Source: Ptychomitrium polyphyllum
Lineage: Eukaryota
NCBI GenBank assembly: GCA_973851085.1
Contig: OZ316776.1
Span: 8,742,001 to 8,806,000 of the forward strand
DNA: 64,000 bases
Reading direction: 5' to 3'
Below are positions 51,890 to 64,000 of this stretch, piece by piece. The notes below the pieces were generated by a model. The model saw nothing but the letters and a program-made list of their open reading frames with translations, did not search any database and was not told the origin of the DNA. A program made the position numbers and the translations under genes. How positions within the stretch are numbered: position 1 is the stretch's first letter; every line of letters starts with the position of its first letter.

Positions 51890-52822
51890 ATGGAGACTTT
51901 GTTGCAGCAAGGAGGGATCAGCAGGGTTGCAGATTCTGGAGCGAGAGTAGTACCAGCTGCGGCGGCTCTGTTTGCGAGGACTTGTTCTGTCCATGTGAAG
52001 CTGAATGTGAGCATGTCCCTGGGTAGTGTCCGATTCATGGGAATTGGGAGTCTGAGGGAAGGGAATAGAGCGAGGCAGCACGGTGTTCTGCGCTACCTGC
52101 AAGCGGCAGCGGATGGAGTATCTCCTCAAAATTCCGAGGTAGCATTTCTTTTCGCTGACCAACTACATCATTCACATTCTTTTTACAGTTTGCACAACTT
52201 CAAACACTCTTTTCTGTGATCTTGACGTGATGTGGGACTGCCATTGCATAAAAGTGAGCTCATCCGATGTGATCGACGTTTTTTTGGTTTCAGTCAGATG
52301 CCAGGGAGCAGTTTCTGGACCAAGCGAAGGCGGAGTCAGCCGTAACGATCGACAAAGAGCAGGAGCCATTCCGGGATGCTGTGGAGTCTGGGCAAACGAT
52401 CGGGGAGGCAACCACTGAGTTGCAATTCGGGGAGGACCATGGCAAGAGTGCGGACGAAGCCATCCGTCACACGAGCAAAGAGCTCTCCGAGCAGTCGAAA
52501 TCCGACGGTAAGCAAAGCTTCAGCAACCTTGAAAGTGTCAAATCATGTGAACAAACATATCTCTAGGGTTTCTTCATTCTCCCAGCTCTTGATCCAATCC
52601 ACGACGTTAATCCTCTCATGTGCAGGCAAAGCCGAGCCAGCTAAAGTGGAGGACCCCGAGCATGAGAAGGAGAAAGTGTCAAGCGATATATGGGCTACCA
52701 AGGACGAGGGAGGGAGCACACATGCTTTCCTCGATGATTCCAAGAAGATAGACTTTCAAGGCGAAGACGACGAGTCGATTCTCGGCATCGGAGGACAGAG
52801 AGCAAGCGATGGTCAGATGTGA
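51890..52822 (+). CDS. Unknown 219-aa protein with a transit-peptide-like N-terminus and an acidic hydrophilic body; exons 51890-52138, 52294-52507, 52626-52822
   Basis: Three exons join in frame through GT-AG introns (660 nt in total). The N-terminal ~70 aa is rich in A/S/R/V. The remainder is rich in E/D/K/S/G (SDAREQFLDQAKAESAVTIDKEQEPF...FQGEDDESILGIGGQRASDGQM*). Confidence 0.75.
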
Positions 52823-53916
52823 GCTTGCAGTTCGATCAACAAAGCTTGAGCTTAGGATTTGGGGAAGTATTGGCCATCGAGATCCAGGCCTGCAGCGTAA
52901 GGCATTTCTTAGAGAAAATTGGTTTGGTTGCCTTATTGAGATAACTTACTCAAGTGTTTCGTATTCGAGTTGGTTGGATAAATGAGGCAGTTAGTTACGC
53001 TACTCACGAGGTTAACGCTAAAATTAATAACTGGTAAGGATTGTCTTGTTCTCTGGATCATTTGTATATAATCAAATCTCCTTTATGAATAATTTTAGGT
53101 GACATGGGCTCGAATGTTGTTTTATTACACTGCACTGTGATTGCAACTTGTGTTGCGTTACGATGCTGAATTAATTTCAGGTTTCACGTGGTGTACACAC
53201 TTCATGATGCGAGGATAGGTCGACGCTATCATGCATGGTGCTGGTACAAAGGGACAGTTTGCGCAGGAATGGAAAGGAATGCAAAGAAATTTGTGAAGCT
53301 TAAAATATGCCCATACATTGTGATCAAGTACAAGGTATAAAACTTATACAAACATTTTTTTTAATAGTATACAAATAGTACGTGACTGAGTTGCTCTCCA
53401 GCCGAGTCTTTCGACAGGATAACTACTCAAAATATGGAAGCTCGTAAGTAATGCAGATGCATGATGGGGTACTGTACTGATTTAAAATTGGGTTGAGAAA
53501 TGATAAGTATAAGTGTATCTGGACAAGGAATATTACAGCATCCTGGTCTTCAGTACATATTTCTCCGGCTGAAGTAGGACGCAGTCAGTATCAATACAGT
53601 ATTTAGTGACAATATTTGTAACAATTAGGGAAGAGTATCACCGAAACCTCGAATCTTCTACCAAGTTAGGTCCCAATAATCCGATGTTGCCTTGTAGCTT
53701 CGAGATACGATTCAGTTGCAGCGTCTTTCTTCCAACAGAAAACAAACAAAAATGAACATGTAGAGCTGAAATCCACCTCAACCAGCAGCGCGCGGTAGTC
53801 TGCCTCAATCTTCAGAGCGTTCCATTAAGTGCCGACTGAGTCTCCCAACGTGTCGTTACATTGAAAAATTCGAAAGTGTGAGCTGGATTTGCAGCATTGT
53901 TAGAGTCTAATGCTGC

Positions 53917-54744
53917 TTAAACCGAGCAACCAAACTCATGCAGCAAGGAGAAAAGGGGAATGAGAAGAAGAATCATCACTGGTTTGGATTGGACTATCGT
54001 CGTTCCACTGTTGTATGGACTGTAGCTGCCACTATTGCTTCCACTTCCAGAATCACCACTGTCCGAGTTGGCACTCTGGTGGCCATAGTTCACATTGGTG
54101 ACGGAGCCGCCGTTGGCGATGCAATTCGGAATGGAGCCAGTGTTAAGGTCGTTGAAGGAGAGGTCCAAGTACTTCAAATTCTGCAGGTCACACAATCTGG
54201 ACGGAATTTCACCAGTGAGGTTGTTGGACTTGAGGTCCAGAGTCTGCAATTTGCTGTTGCTGGCTATGCCGGAGGGGATAGAGTCCTGGAGGTCGCAGTT
54301 GTCGACCGTGATTTCCACCAAGCTATCAGAAAACGAGCTCCATTGGGATGGGATCCTGGAGCTGAACATGAGGTTCTTCAGCTTCAGTGTTTGCAGGTCT
54401 TGGAGCCTATTCAGGGTGTGGCCCGGTCTGCCTGAGTAGCTCCGGTTGTTTGTTACCTGGTCTGAGCCTGTCCCCGATGGCCCCTCCAGATCCAGCACCA
54501 CCAGAGCTCCGTTCTGGCATGTAATCCCCGTCCAGGTGCAGCAATTGGCGTCGTCTCTGCTGTCCTCCCAGTTGGAGAACACTCTGTTGCGCGGGTCATT
54601 GAATGCGTTCCGAAACTCCAGCAGTGCACTTACGGTGGTTGAAGTGCATGTCGCTGCGTTGCAACGAGTTGCAGCTGCGAGTATAGCCGCAAGGGTGACC
54701 AGGATTCGAGTGGAGCTGCTCCACGGATGCAGAAAAGTACCCAT
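53917..54744 (-). CDS. Intronless secreted leucine-rich-repeat protein (LRRNT cap plus a few plant-specific LRRs) with a Ser/Gly linker and a probable GPI-anchor signal
   Basis: Signal peptide MGTFLHPWSSSTRILVTLAAILAAATRCNA. LRRNT_2-like ALLEFRNAFNDP...FSNW...NCCTWTGITC. LRRs LQTLDLKSNNLTGEIPSRLCDLQNLKYLDLSFNDL. S/G-rich spacer, then the hydrophobic tail PVMILLLIPLFSLL. Confidence 0.9.
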   Translation of the reverse strand: MGTFLHPWSSSTRILVTLAAILAAATRCNAATCTSTTVSALLEFRNAFNDPRNRVFSNWEDSRDDANCCTWTGITCQNGALVVLDLEGPSGTGSDQVTNNRSYSGRPGHTLNRLQDLQTLKLKNLMFSSRIPSQWSSFSDSLVEITVDNCDLQDSIPSGIASNSKLQTLDLKSNNLTGEIPSRLCDLQNLKYLDLSFNDLNTGSIPNCIANGGSVTNVNYGHQSANSDSGDSGSGSNSGSYSPYNSGTTIVQSKPVMILLLIPLFSLLHEFGCSV

Positions 54745-55894
54745 CAGGACAGTAGTCGAAGTTTCAAAATCTGAGCTTTTCAGTTTGGATTCCCTGCAAA
54801 AGCAACCAAGTAGACAACTGTATACAGTTCTAAAAAAATATAGACTGCAGGAGTTCAAATAATGCAGGCGCATTTGAGGTTGAAGTGAGCTTTATAAAAT
54901 GCAAAAAGCTCTTTCAGTGACACCAAACAACTAGACAGATCAATTAATGAGCTCGCAAGACTGAGCAAGAGTGTTAGTAAGGTGCAGTATTCTTACACAA
55001 AAATGCAACCAGCTATGGCACCGCTCCCTCCAGGACCACCAGCTGCAGGACCCGTATCCAAAGCAGCAATTGCGAAATTCCTCACCACCTTCGAAGAAGC
55101 ACTTTCTCTACTCATATTTAAGCATGAGGACCCACTCAGCTACCGAGAGGAATCAACTTTGATCATTTACCTTTTACAAGGGATGTTCACAGTTTCTACA
55201 TCTTCCTGTCCAGACAATGCTAGTGGCAACCCACTCCTGTATTATTACTGCCCACAACTACTTAGCTCAATCTAGTTTCTTAATATGCTATGGCGTATTA
55301 AGACCTAAAACAGAACACAGTAGCTTTCCAACACTGAAGAGCTCAGAAAGTGGTACCACATCAAAGCTTGATGTTAAGCCGGAGGCTGTAGAGTTGTTGT
55401 CAATCAACCACTGAATGCAACGACAAAGTAAACGTAGAGCATGAGGTTTATAGGGATTACCAGGCGATGATGAGGATGATGAGGAAATTGATGTCCGGCC
55501 AGAAGAGAAGCAGAAAGTTAAGCGAGCGTGCCTAACGTCCCTTTGACAAAAACAGTCGTGCAAAATCTTATTCTGGTGTTTTTGACGCTTTCCACCTGCA
55601 TAGCAACGCCCCCATTCCTGTCCTCGCTACAGCGTCAATCCTGCTCAGTAATTAGCAACAACCAGCATCGTCCCGAATCCCGAATCCAAAACGCTTCTGA
55701 AAATTTTACCTCACTCACAATAGAAACCAATTGTTCTGAGAATTGCAGATTAATCGTGACGACCTCTGCAGAAATATATATTAGTCAAAGCTGCTATGAT
55801 GTGAAAAGTAGACTTGATCCTGCACGGAAAAATTACTCGCCAGAGGCATGATGGAGACCAAGACAGTAGAGACTTCACCAACCACGGTGGATTC

Positions 55895-56524
55895 CTAGAT
55901 CATGTTGAACTCACCGTTGTACTTAACCTACATGCTCATTGTGGTGAAACTGGATTGTGACGTTCCGAAAGGTCTGCATTACCAAGCCATTACCATATGT
56001 CACGCTTTGCTTAGCTCCCAATTGATGAATCTGTCCATAATCCTGATGTCTTTTCTTGCACTCGACCACATCATCATGAGCTCATTAGAAGCCAAATCCT
56101 GGAGAGGGCCCCAAAGAGCAACAAGAGTAAGAAAACTTGGGGTTAAACCCTAAATCTTTGCAATGTTTTTTCCTTCCGACAGCTTACACAGAATACGCTC
56201 TACAAGTCTCCCAATCACGTGTAGTACTACACTGATGAACCCAACCCGGCTCCTCCACACCGCAGAGGTCGTGATCATCTGGTACTTCAGCCAAACCTTC
56301 ATGAATTCAGTAGTTGGGTTTAGAAAATCCAGAAGTCTTTGCATGTCGTTCTCCGCAAGAGGATTGTACCGCGGCGGTTGAAGCACCGCATGTGGGTGCA
56401 ACATGTCCGTCTCTATCTGGAGGCCAAGCCTGAGAGACCAGGCCCCCAGAGGTGCATGTACACAGTTGATCATTTTATTGGACGCAAATTGTTCATCACA
56501 TCCTTGAACTCTTGTGTCCTTCAA
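55895..56524 (-). pseudogene. Decayed ~200-codon reading frame of unknown family
   Basis: The 124-aa ORF 56150-56524 continues in the same frame past TAG (GLTPSFLTLVALWGPLQDLASNELMMMWSSARKDIRIMDRFINWELSKA*HMVMAW*...). The stops are compatible with single transitions. Confidence 0.4.
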
Positions 56525-57163
56525 ATTAGTTCACCAGACTGATTTTTGCATATAACCTAATTGAATGACAATTTCTCGTTAGACCGCTGCCAGAACAGGG
56601 CGTCACCACTAAGTGTTGTTGCACTAGTACTGCAATGAAGATCATTGAAATTGTGCGTATCTATACATGATCATTTAATGAATTAAGCTTACGAGCGTTC
56701 GTTTGGGCGCGACGGCTAGCTTCTAGTAGACGACGCATGCGGCTTTGACAAACATAGTAATGTAAACCCTTGGGAATTCTCCGCTCTCTTTGCTGATAAA
56801 ATGCATCGGAGCTCTCAACCATGGACAACATTCTATCATGAGCTGCGAACGGTCACTATAGCAAACTGCGAAACTTGGTCACTCACATATCATTAAGGAT
56901 TCCTTTTGAAAGATAAATTGCAAGACGAGCATACGTACAGGAGCGGCAACAGAGGAAGATAAAAATAATAGACGATGCTAATTATCGACTCTGCAAGTGA
57001 AATGGAATCTCTCTTAAATCTCCAAAGCCGATGGTGAAGAACGTAGTCACTTGCTGAACGAGGAGAAGACAGAATTAGGGTTTCATGGTACGACGAAAAC
57101 GTCAACAAGTAGGGAGGATTTAATTGTCTGATTGAAAGGAGGTTGGGGATTTGATCGCGGAAC

Positions 57164-57385
57164 ATGTCTCGGCTGCAGCATTTGTTGGCAGCGCTGTTGA
57201 TTTTGACTTTATATGGAATAGGGTCGTTTGGGTGGCAAGTCATAATGCATGCGGTGAACCTAACAGCTTTTGTGTTGAAGTGCGCTTTATTTCTCATAAT
57301 TCTGCTGTTGATGTTCATACTCTCAGTGTATCGAGAACTTCCTACAGTGATTGAACTATATGAAGAAGACCGGCAACCTCAGTAA
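57164..57385 (+). CDS. Possible small (73-aa) membrane protein with two hydrophobic segments
   Basis: An ATG-started ORF, MSRLQHLLAALLILTLYGIGSFGWQVIMHAVNLTAFVLKCALFLIILLLMFILSVYRELPTVIELYEEDRQPQ. No homology was recognised. Confidence 0.3.
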   Translation: MSRLQHLLAALLILTLYGIGSFGWQVIMHAVNLTAFVLKCALFLIILLLMFILSVYRELPTVIELYEEDRQPQ

Positions 57386-58044
57386 AATGTTAAAAAGGAA
57401 AAACACATTTCTGAAACCATACGCGATTCACGAGAATACAGGAGTGAAATAAGACACATGCTTAGACAATACAATTGCAGACTCAATCAAACAAGAGTAT
57501 ATCACAGAGCACATTTTATATTCAACCTGTGTGTTCTGTATCATCAAATTATGCAGCAGATGAACTGAGGGATGTACGTTGCGAAACGCCCAACATGTTA
57601 AATCTAAAAAAATACTCCGCGTCCTGTAAGGCGTCCCAAAGGACTTGGTGCAACACCAAAACAGGATTACACATCAAGTTTTAGGCTAGAGATTGTGGAG
57701 ACAAAACCTCAAAAAACTGTCAAAATTAGTCTGGAGCCAACAACCTCCAAGACAGAACTATCAAGATCAGAAAGTTTCTCAAGATTATAAATGTGAAAAA
57801 TTTAGGCCTGTCACATTTGTGATCACAAAGACCAATTAGCTATTGAAATTAAAAGTTAGAACAAAATGTCGCTTCCAGAGTAATTCCCAGTAGAAACCCG
57901 CATATATATCACCATAGCAAAAAGTTTCAGAATACAGTGATAGAAAAAATATTAGTCACTGGATTTCGTTTACCTAGACCAGAAACTGAACTCATTCATT
58001 ATGTAACTGAAACAAGTATACCCAGTCAATGCGTGATGCACCTC

Positions 58045-61000
58045 TCAGTTTGTGCCTGTGTAGTAAGAGGAGAGTGAACCGGCTTGAATAGAGGCTACTG
58101 TAGGTATTCCAGTGTGTGTAGATTGATTCCCGAAGGTAGCATACTGTCCATACTGAGAAGGATTGTAAGGTTGAGGTGATGTTGACAGACCTCCATACTG
58201 CGAATTTGAAACAAGACCCCCATATGTAGCTTGAGTACCGTATGCCAGAGGAGCATAACCTGAAAAGCTTAGTGTCTGAGGAGCAGAAGTAGCCATTTGA
58301 GGTCGAGAATAATTTGAGATACTTGGGTTGATGGAGGTATATCCCTGTTGCACCTGAGGCAACGATTGTAACTGACCGGAGGCTGATTGTGGCTGTGTCC
58401 TCTCCCTCTGACCCTCGGCTGCAAGCTTTACAGTGACATGCCGTCCCTGCACAACCAAATATTTCATTATTAGAAAGACAATTTACGAGTTGAAAACTTG
58501 GCTGAAGGAAAGAACACTCCCAATCCTCCTAAAATTCTGGTTTCGATAGTTGCTTATTCAATTAACATAGAATTCTCGAAATGACGCTGAAGAGGGCAAG
58601 CATATACCAATATAACACTTACTTCAATAGTTTTGTTGCTGTCCTCCATTGCCCTCTTAGCTCCTTCAACTGTCTTAAATGTCACAAAAGCAAACCCCCT
58701 ATTATCATACCAAAACACCACGGAACCATGTTACATAAGGCCTTGATGTCCATGCCAATGTCCAATTCTGGATCTGAGGTTACATGCCCAACTCTGAAAC
58801 CTACTAATCATACTTTATGTACCATTCCATCAAACCTTTATAAAACTCCGTCTGAGAAGGATAAATACAATCCCCACCATATTCATCAAAAACCAATTTT
58901 CCATCATGAGTATGCCCTGTGCAAATGCTTGACCATTTCTAAGTTGAATGCTGTTGAAGATCATGATTAGAATTCAACAGCGAGACAAAGGAACAGTAGT
59001 TGGACAGAAAAAGACCTGGATTTATTTGTGTTCTTATCATACGCAATAGCACCTTCCTCTATCTCTCCGTACTGTGAAAATATATTCAGCAAGGTATCAC
59101 TGGTTGTCTCATAAGAGAGTCCACCGATATAGAGCTTTCTCTGCGCCTGGTCTGAAGAAGACGTTCCACTTGAACCACCAGCAGATGCCAGATTGCATAC
59201 TGTGATTCGGCCCTGTACAGTACAATAGTATCATATTACTGCTGATGCAGCAGCAACCTCTCTAACGTTACACCTAGCTGGATTGTTAACTTCATCGTCG
59301 ACACAGTTTAGGAAACACGGGAACATAACCCTGAACATGGTCGTAAACCTAAATTCCTTGCCTTGAAGTATCACTGCTCTTTAAGAAAAATTACCTAGCC
59401 TTCGTTCCTTCGTACGTGACACCAACATTAAAAGACAACCCAAAAGAGGAGGACGGCTAAAGACTGCAGAACACCCAAACTTACTTGCTCAACAGTCATC
59501 ATCCATTACATACATCGTCTTGAAAAACTTACATCAATATTCTTGCTGGGTTCCTTCAAAGCACGCTGTGCTGAATCCATGTGTTTGAAAGTTATGAAAC
59601 CAAAACCACGTGATTTTCCAGTTCCCTTATCCGTTATAACACAGGCTTCCTCAACCTCGCCATATTGTTCAAATGCCTGTTTACGAAAGAAATCCACATA
59701 AATATAAAATTATGAAGAATGATTGATTTCCCTCATCAAGCCTTAAGATAACCATCATACCTACCTTTCCTTGTAGATAGGGTAGAAACCTTAAGTACAA
59801 GAAAACTGGTTCTGACACGTCATACTGATACTGTTCGAGAATCTCATACATCCCTATCACTACCAGATACTCAACCTGCAGCTTATACTCTACCATCAAT
59901 TAGGAAAAGACCCAGTATCCATGCAGACATGGTCGACCAAAATTTCAATGATGAAAATTCTATACAGAGCTACTCAGCATGCACACATTTCTTGATACTT
60001 GCGACAGGAAAGCCCCACTCGATACGAGTAAAAATTGGACACAATGTGCGTACTATCGATCAAAACGTGCTGCAGAAGATAATACAGAGTCTCATGCAAG
60101 TGGGTCCAAGATCGAATACTACATTGAGAAATAGTAGAATCACAACGGATCATCATGATTCCACAAAGACTCCACAAAATTAAACAAATGAAGGCAAACA
60201 AAAGATGTTCTAAGTTCAATAGCCAAGTGCAGACCATGAGATGAAGCCTCTGAATACCATACAAATATCCAAATACTGGCACCCAGAGGAAAACACTACG
60301 GCACAAAGATCAAGAATGCCCATCGATAGAACAACTTAATTTGAGGTCTAACGACCAAGGCAGGCCTTATGTACAAGCTTTACGTGCACTCATTACCTTG
60401 TGAAGAAATGTCCCCAACGCTCAAAACTCAGCAAAAGTATCAAATAAAGAAACACTAACAAGCATCTTGAACACTCACTTCCCGCAGAGCCACTGAAGAG
60501 GTCTCCCAAGCCAGGCCACGCACAAACAGCTTCCGATGAACAGGGTCCTTACTAGCACTGTCTCTAATATCATCTGCCACTGCAGGAAACTGAGACCCTC
60601 TGCATGCAACAACCATTCCAGCCAAACATGCAGTCCCAGGCATCCCAGTCATTCAAAAGCTTTCAGTCCAGAACAAGAAAGAACTACAGCAATTTAAAAC
60701 ATCTTAATCCCTCATGCAGGATTGCCAGGCCAAAACGAACAAATTGCATTTCCAACTCTTGCAAACCAAGTCGATAACATGAGCAATGCCAGTCAGACCT
60801 ATTAACCACAAATAAACCACAAAAGAGTTGGTTATCCAAGGTGCTCATCCCAGTCCCTGCAGCTACTCCAGAATTATTTCCACATATCATTGGCATATCC
60901 AACACTCGCCCAAACACATTTCACAACGAGGTAAAGTACTTTGATGCTCAATTGCTTAAGATCACTCTGTTCAGGAAGAAAAACAACTTGCAGTCCTGCA

Positions 61001-61840
61001 TATACCACTTTATATGAATCTCTACTTAAGAATTACCATGATGTTTAAATTGCGGGATACATATTGAAGTACTGAAATTCAGGAGGTAAAGTTGAGAGTA
61101 TGGTCAGAGGAGCATGAGAAATTTTCTTCTGACAACAATGAATCAGGGCAGTCAAGCCTTCTTTAATAATCAGTCAGAGTCAACATCTAAAAAATGGCCA
61201 GAAATGCATTGCACATGGAAGGTAAAAACATGAAGTAGGGTTAGATATCAGAAAACAAAGATTCTGCTACTACTAGAACCGACACACTAGATTCTTCGAT
61301 GCCAACGTTGAAATATAGCATGCACCCACAAAAGGTCCAAATGCAAGAAATTTGAGAGCTGAATATTTTCAGCAAGTACAAAAATGCCGCTGTGATGATA
61401 GAACATGAAGTCCTGCATCTTTGAGAACATGAAATATTTCCTAAAATTTGCAGAAGTAGGATACGCATACCAAGTGATACCAAAGTTTGTCGATGAAGCC
61501 CTCAGAGAATCCCTCTAGGGTAGCAACACAAAGATAATCTGGAACACATTATCGACATGTCAACACATTCAAAGGAAATATGAGATGCTTACGCGTCTAT
61601 CAGCAGGCCAACAAGCTGTTCTTTACTGAGCGGCTCCAACAGTTTCTTCAGCTCGTCTCTTGACAGCTTCACAGTAGATGTCCCATCGCCACCATCCATA
61701 ACCTTCCTCTTTTTACTGTCCTCAAATCCCGAGTAATCGCTACCCTCATAATCTGAATATTCCGTCTTCGAAGGATAGTCCATCTTTACATTAAGGGCGT
61801 AATCCATGTCGCTGTTTCTAGCCTTGGATGCTGGTTCCAT
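58045..61840 (-). CDS. UBP1-associated protein 2 (UBA2)-like hnRNP RNA-binding protein with two RRMs; exons about 61840-61593, 60599-60479, 59676-59533, 59212-59016, 58698-58623, 58446-58045
   Basis: [16 protein letters not shown]...[16 protein letters not shown] is the UBA2 signature. RRM1 RNP1 reads [13 protein letters not shown]2 reads [13 protein letters not shown]...[10 protein letters not shown]. The tail is Q/Y/G/S-rich low complexity. Splice sites are canonical. Confidence 0.92.
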
Positions 61841-63709
61841 GCGTGCAGAAAAACGTTAGTCCTTCATTTCAGCCTTATCCATCTCTTAATATTGCAACAC
61901 AATATATTTGCTTTCCCGACTTCCTCCTGAACCTCCGCTTTACAACGTGGACAAAACCAAGAGTTTCTCATTGTCACAGGCATCCACCACCCAACAACGT
62001 ACACCCTCCTACATTCACTTCTTGGCCTGATTGTTCATTATCACCCAAAATTCCTGAAGCCCAAAAACCCTCCTTCGGAGAGATTGATTCATCAATTCAT
62101 ATATTCAAAAACGACTCATACCTTATTCACTAGAGTTCAAAAAAGACGTCGCTCCCAACTTGGTTCTGACTTAGAAGGGCGAGCACGTTCTGGAGACAGG
62201 AAAAACACATCGAAATGAACAAACGCGCACCTGGAGGAACCGTACGTTGGACAAAAATTGCACTCATAGTGAATATTAGTCGGCATTTCAACACATACAC
62301 AAGCACCTGGTAAGCTTAATATACTACGACAGTATATTAGGCAAATACGAATGCTGGGATAAGCAGATATCAGCCATGCAAATAATAAACAGAAACAATT
62401 TCAGGAATTAACGTTCTAATCACTGATGGGACACAACCGTAAACTTGGAACTCCACCTGCGCAAGTGTAACAACAAATCACTTGTACCTGTATCGACATA
62501 ATTTCTGGATATCAGGAACCATATGATAGGGCACACCATGTCTCTGCCCACGATGATCTTAACTACTTAGAAACTTCCTTTAATCTTTCTTTTATAAAAT
62601 ACCAAATCCCCCACCATACCCAAATAGATCATAAACACGAGAAGGTGAAATATATGCTTAACCCAGAAGAGAACATCCATCCGTTTCAAACAATTACGCT
62701 GAAAAAAACCATAACAAAGCTACACACTCTCTTCAACCCGCAAGGCTCTATACTGGCTGCCAACAGGAACGGTTAAGCTAACGATCTGCTAATAAATGTT
62801 CCCGATAACGACACTATACCTCTACGACTTCACATGCAAAAAAACTGCAGCAAGAGAACACCGCCAAGCTGTAGACAATCACGCTACCATCGTCAGAGCT
62901 GCGCCCAGCTTCAGCGAGCGCCAATCTTTTTCTACTTTGATATGATGTTTAAAGCTTCAAAGTTGGTTCATTATTACGGTGAGGATACATGAAACTGATG
63001 ATGCCACATAATGCAACAACACGAACGATCAAAAGAAAAAACCCACGTCCCAATTGCTATCCCGCACACAACCGCCATCAAAAAACTCCCTAAACTCCCC
63101 CACAACCCTCCCAGGTGTGTTTACGAACTCAAGGTTTAGCTCGCAGATACCCTAAAGTGTATTCCAAGAAACACCACCACCAACTCGCACACAGCCAGAA
63201 CGAAAACCTCCCACCCAGCAATTGTTCGCATAGAATGCTGGCAGACCCAGTGCTCATACCGTACCTACCAGCAGTCTCCCGCTCTTCCAAGCTCCTCGAT
63301 CAACGCACCCCGTTTTCTTCAATGAACTCCCAGACCGCAACCTGGGTTAGCCGACTCTTGTCGCTGTTGCCGCACGATGAAGACGCAAACCGGAACCTCC
63401 TCGACGGTGAGCTTGAGGCCACCCAACTGCTCAATTAGCTGCTACCGGCGGACGGTTCCCCACCTCCGCCGCAATGCTCAGAGACGTTAACCTATGAAAG
63501 ACCTGCTTGCACACACAGATGAGAGATGCGTTGCGTGACAGTTTTCAGTGAGATTTCTCGAGGAGACGAAAGTTGGGTGCGAGGGTAACTGCGTCTGGCG
63601 AGTACCGATGGTGCGATTGTGGGCCGAGAGAGCGACGCTTCGATTGACAGCATGCGAGAAGCGTCAAGAGTCGCCACTCCGCACACATCCCGGCAGCCTC
63701 AAGAATCTC

Positions 63710-63780
63710 CCACGTCCCCACCCCACGTCCCCAACCCACGTCCAAAGCCTTTCTTGCTCCACGTGCCATGCTTTCCACGT
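63710..63780 (-). promoter_or_regulatory. Cluster of five ACGTGG (ABRE/G-box-type) cores upstream of the UBA2-like gene
   Basis: Plus-strand CCACGT occurs at 63710, 63723, 63736, 63759 (full G-box CACGTG) and 63775. Confidence 0.55.
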
Positions 63781-64000
63781 CTTGGACGAGGTCCGCTGGT
63801 CGAGACCAAACGAATGACCAAACACGAACATCTCCTTCCTCTGTTCATCCCCTCAACGCTTTTAGGACCTCCGCGCGGGAATAAGGGTTCGTCGCAGGTG
63901 ACCGGGCCCGAACGCCGTCGGACACCATCCCGCGCCTTGGATAACCGGACAGGGATGGTTGGAACGTGAAGCCCACCTCGAATACCACGTTCAGTAGGAT

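Noticed and set aside
53917..54873. 318-aa version of the LRR protein from the ORF track
   Set aside because: The first 43 codons precede the signal peptide and include an acceptor-like ttttgcag. The ATG at 54744 gives a proper N-terminal signal peptide.

Overview
This is intron-rich eukaryotic DNA from a land plant; the gene set, GT-AG introns and composition suggest a moss or other bryophyte (inference, not a database match). There is no sign of prokaryotic operons, rRNA, intact tRNA or CRISPR. Seven genes could be reconstructed by hand: a 5'-truncated cytosolic alkaline/neutral invertase (+, to 2156), an A_thal_3526/TIGR01589-domain polyQ protein (+, 13991-17256), a 20-exon full-size ABCG/PDR transporter (+, 30043-37751), a 14-exon nodulin-like/NFD4-type MFS protein (-, 45081-49373), a 3-exon acidic protein with a transit-peptide-like N-terminus (+, 51890-52822), a secreted and probably GPI-anchored LRR protein (-, 53917-54744), and a two-RRM UBA2-like protein (-, 58045-61840). 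Very AT-rich blocks lie at about 2.2-12.9, 18.9-21.8, 23.2-25.7, 26.9-28.5 and 41.7-44.4 kb. The most interesting unexplained signals are two candidate orphan spliced genes inside the first AT-rich block, an 11-bp-phased RGTAT array upstream of the A_thal_3526 gene, a decayed tandem gene pair downstream of the ABCG gene, and a cluster of five ACGTGG (ABRE-type) cores upstream of the UBA2-like gene. All exon coordinates were read by eye and could be off by a few bases.
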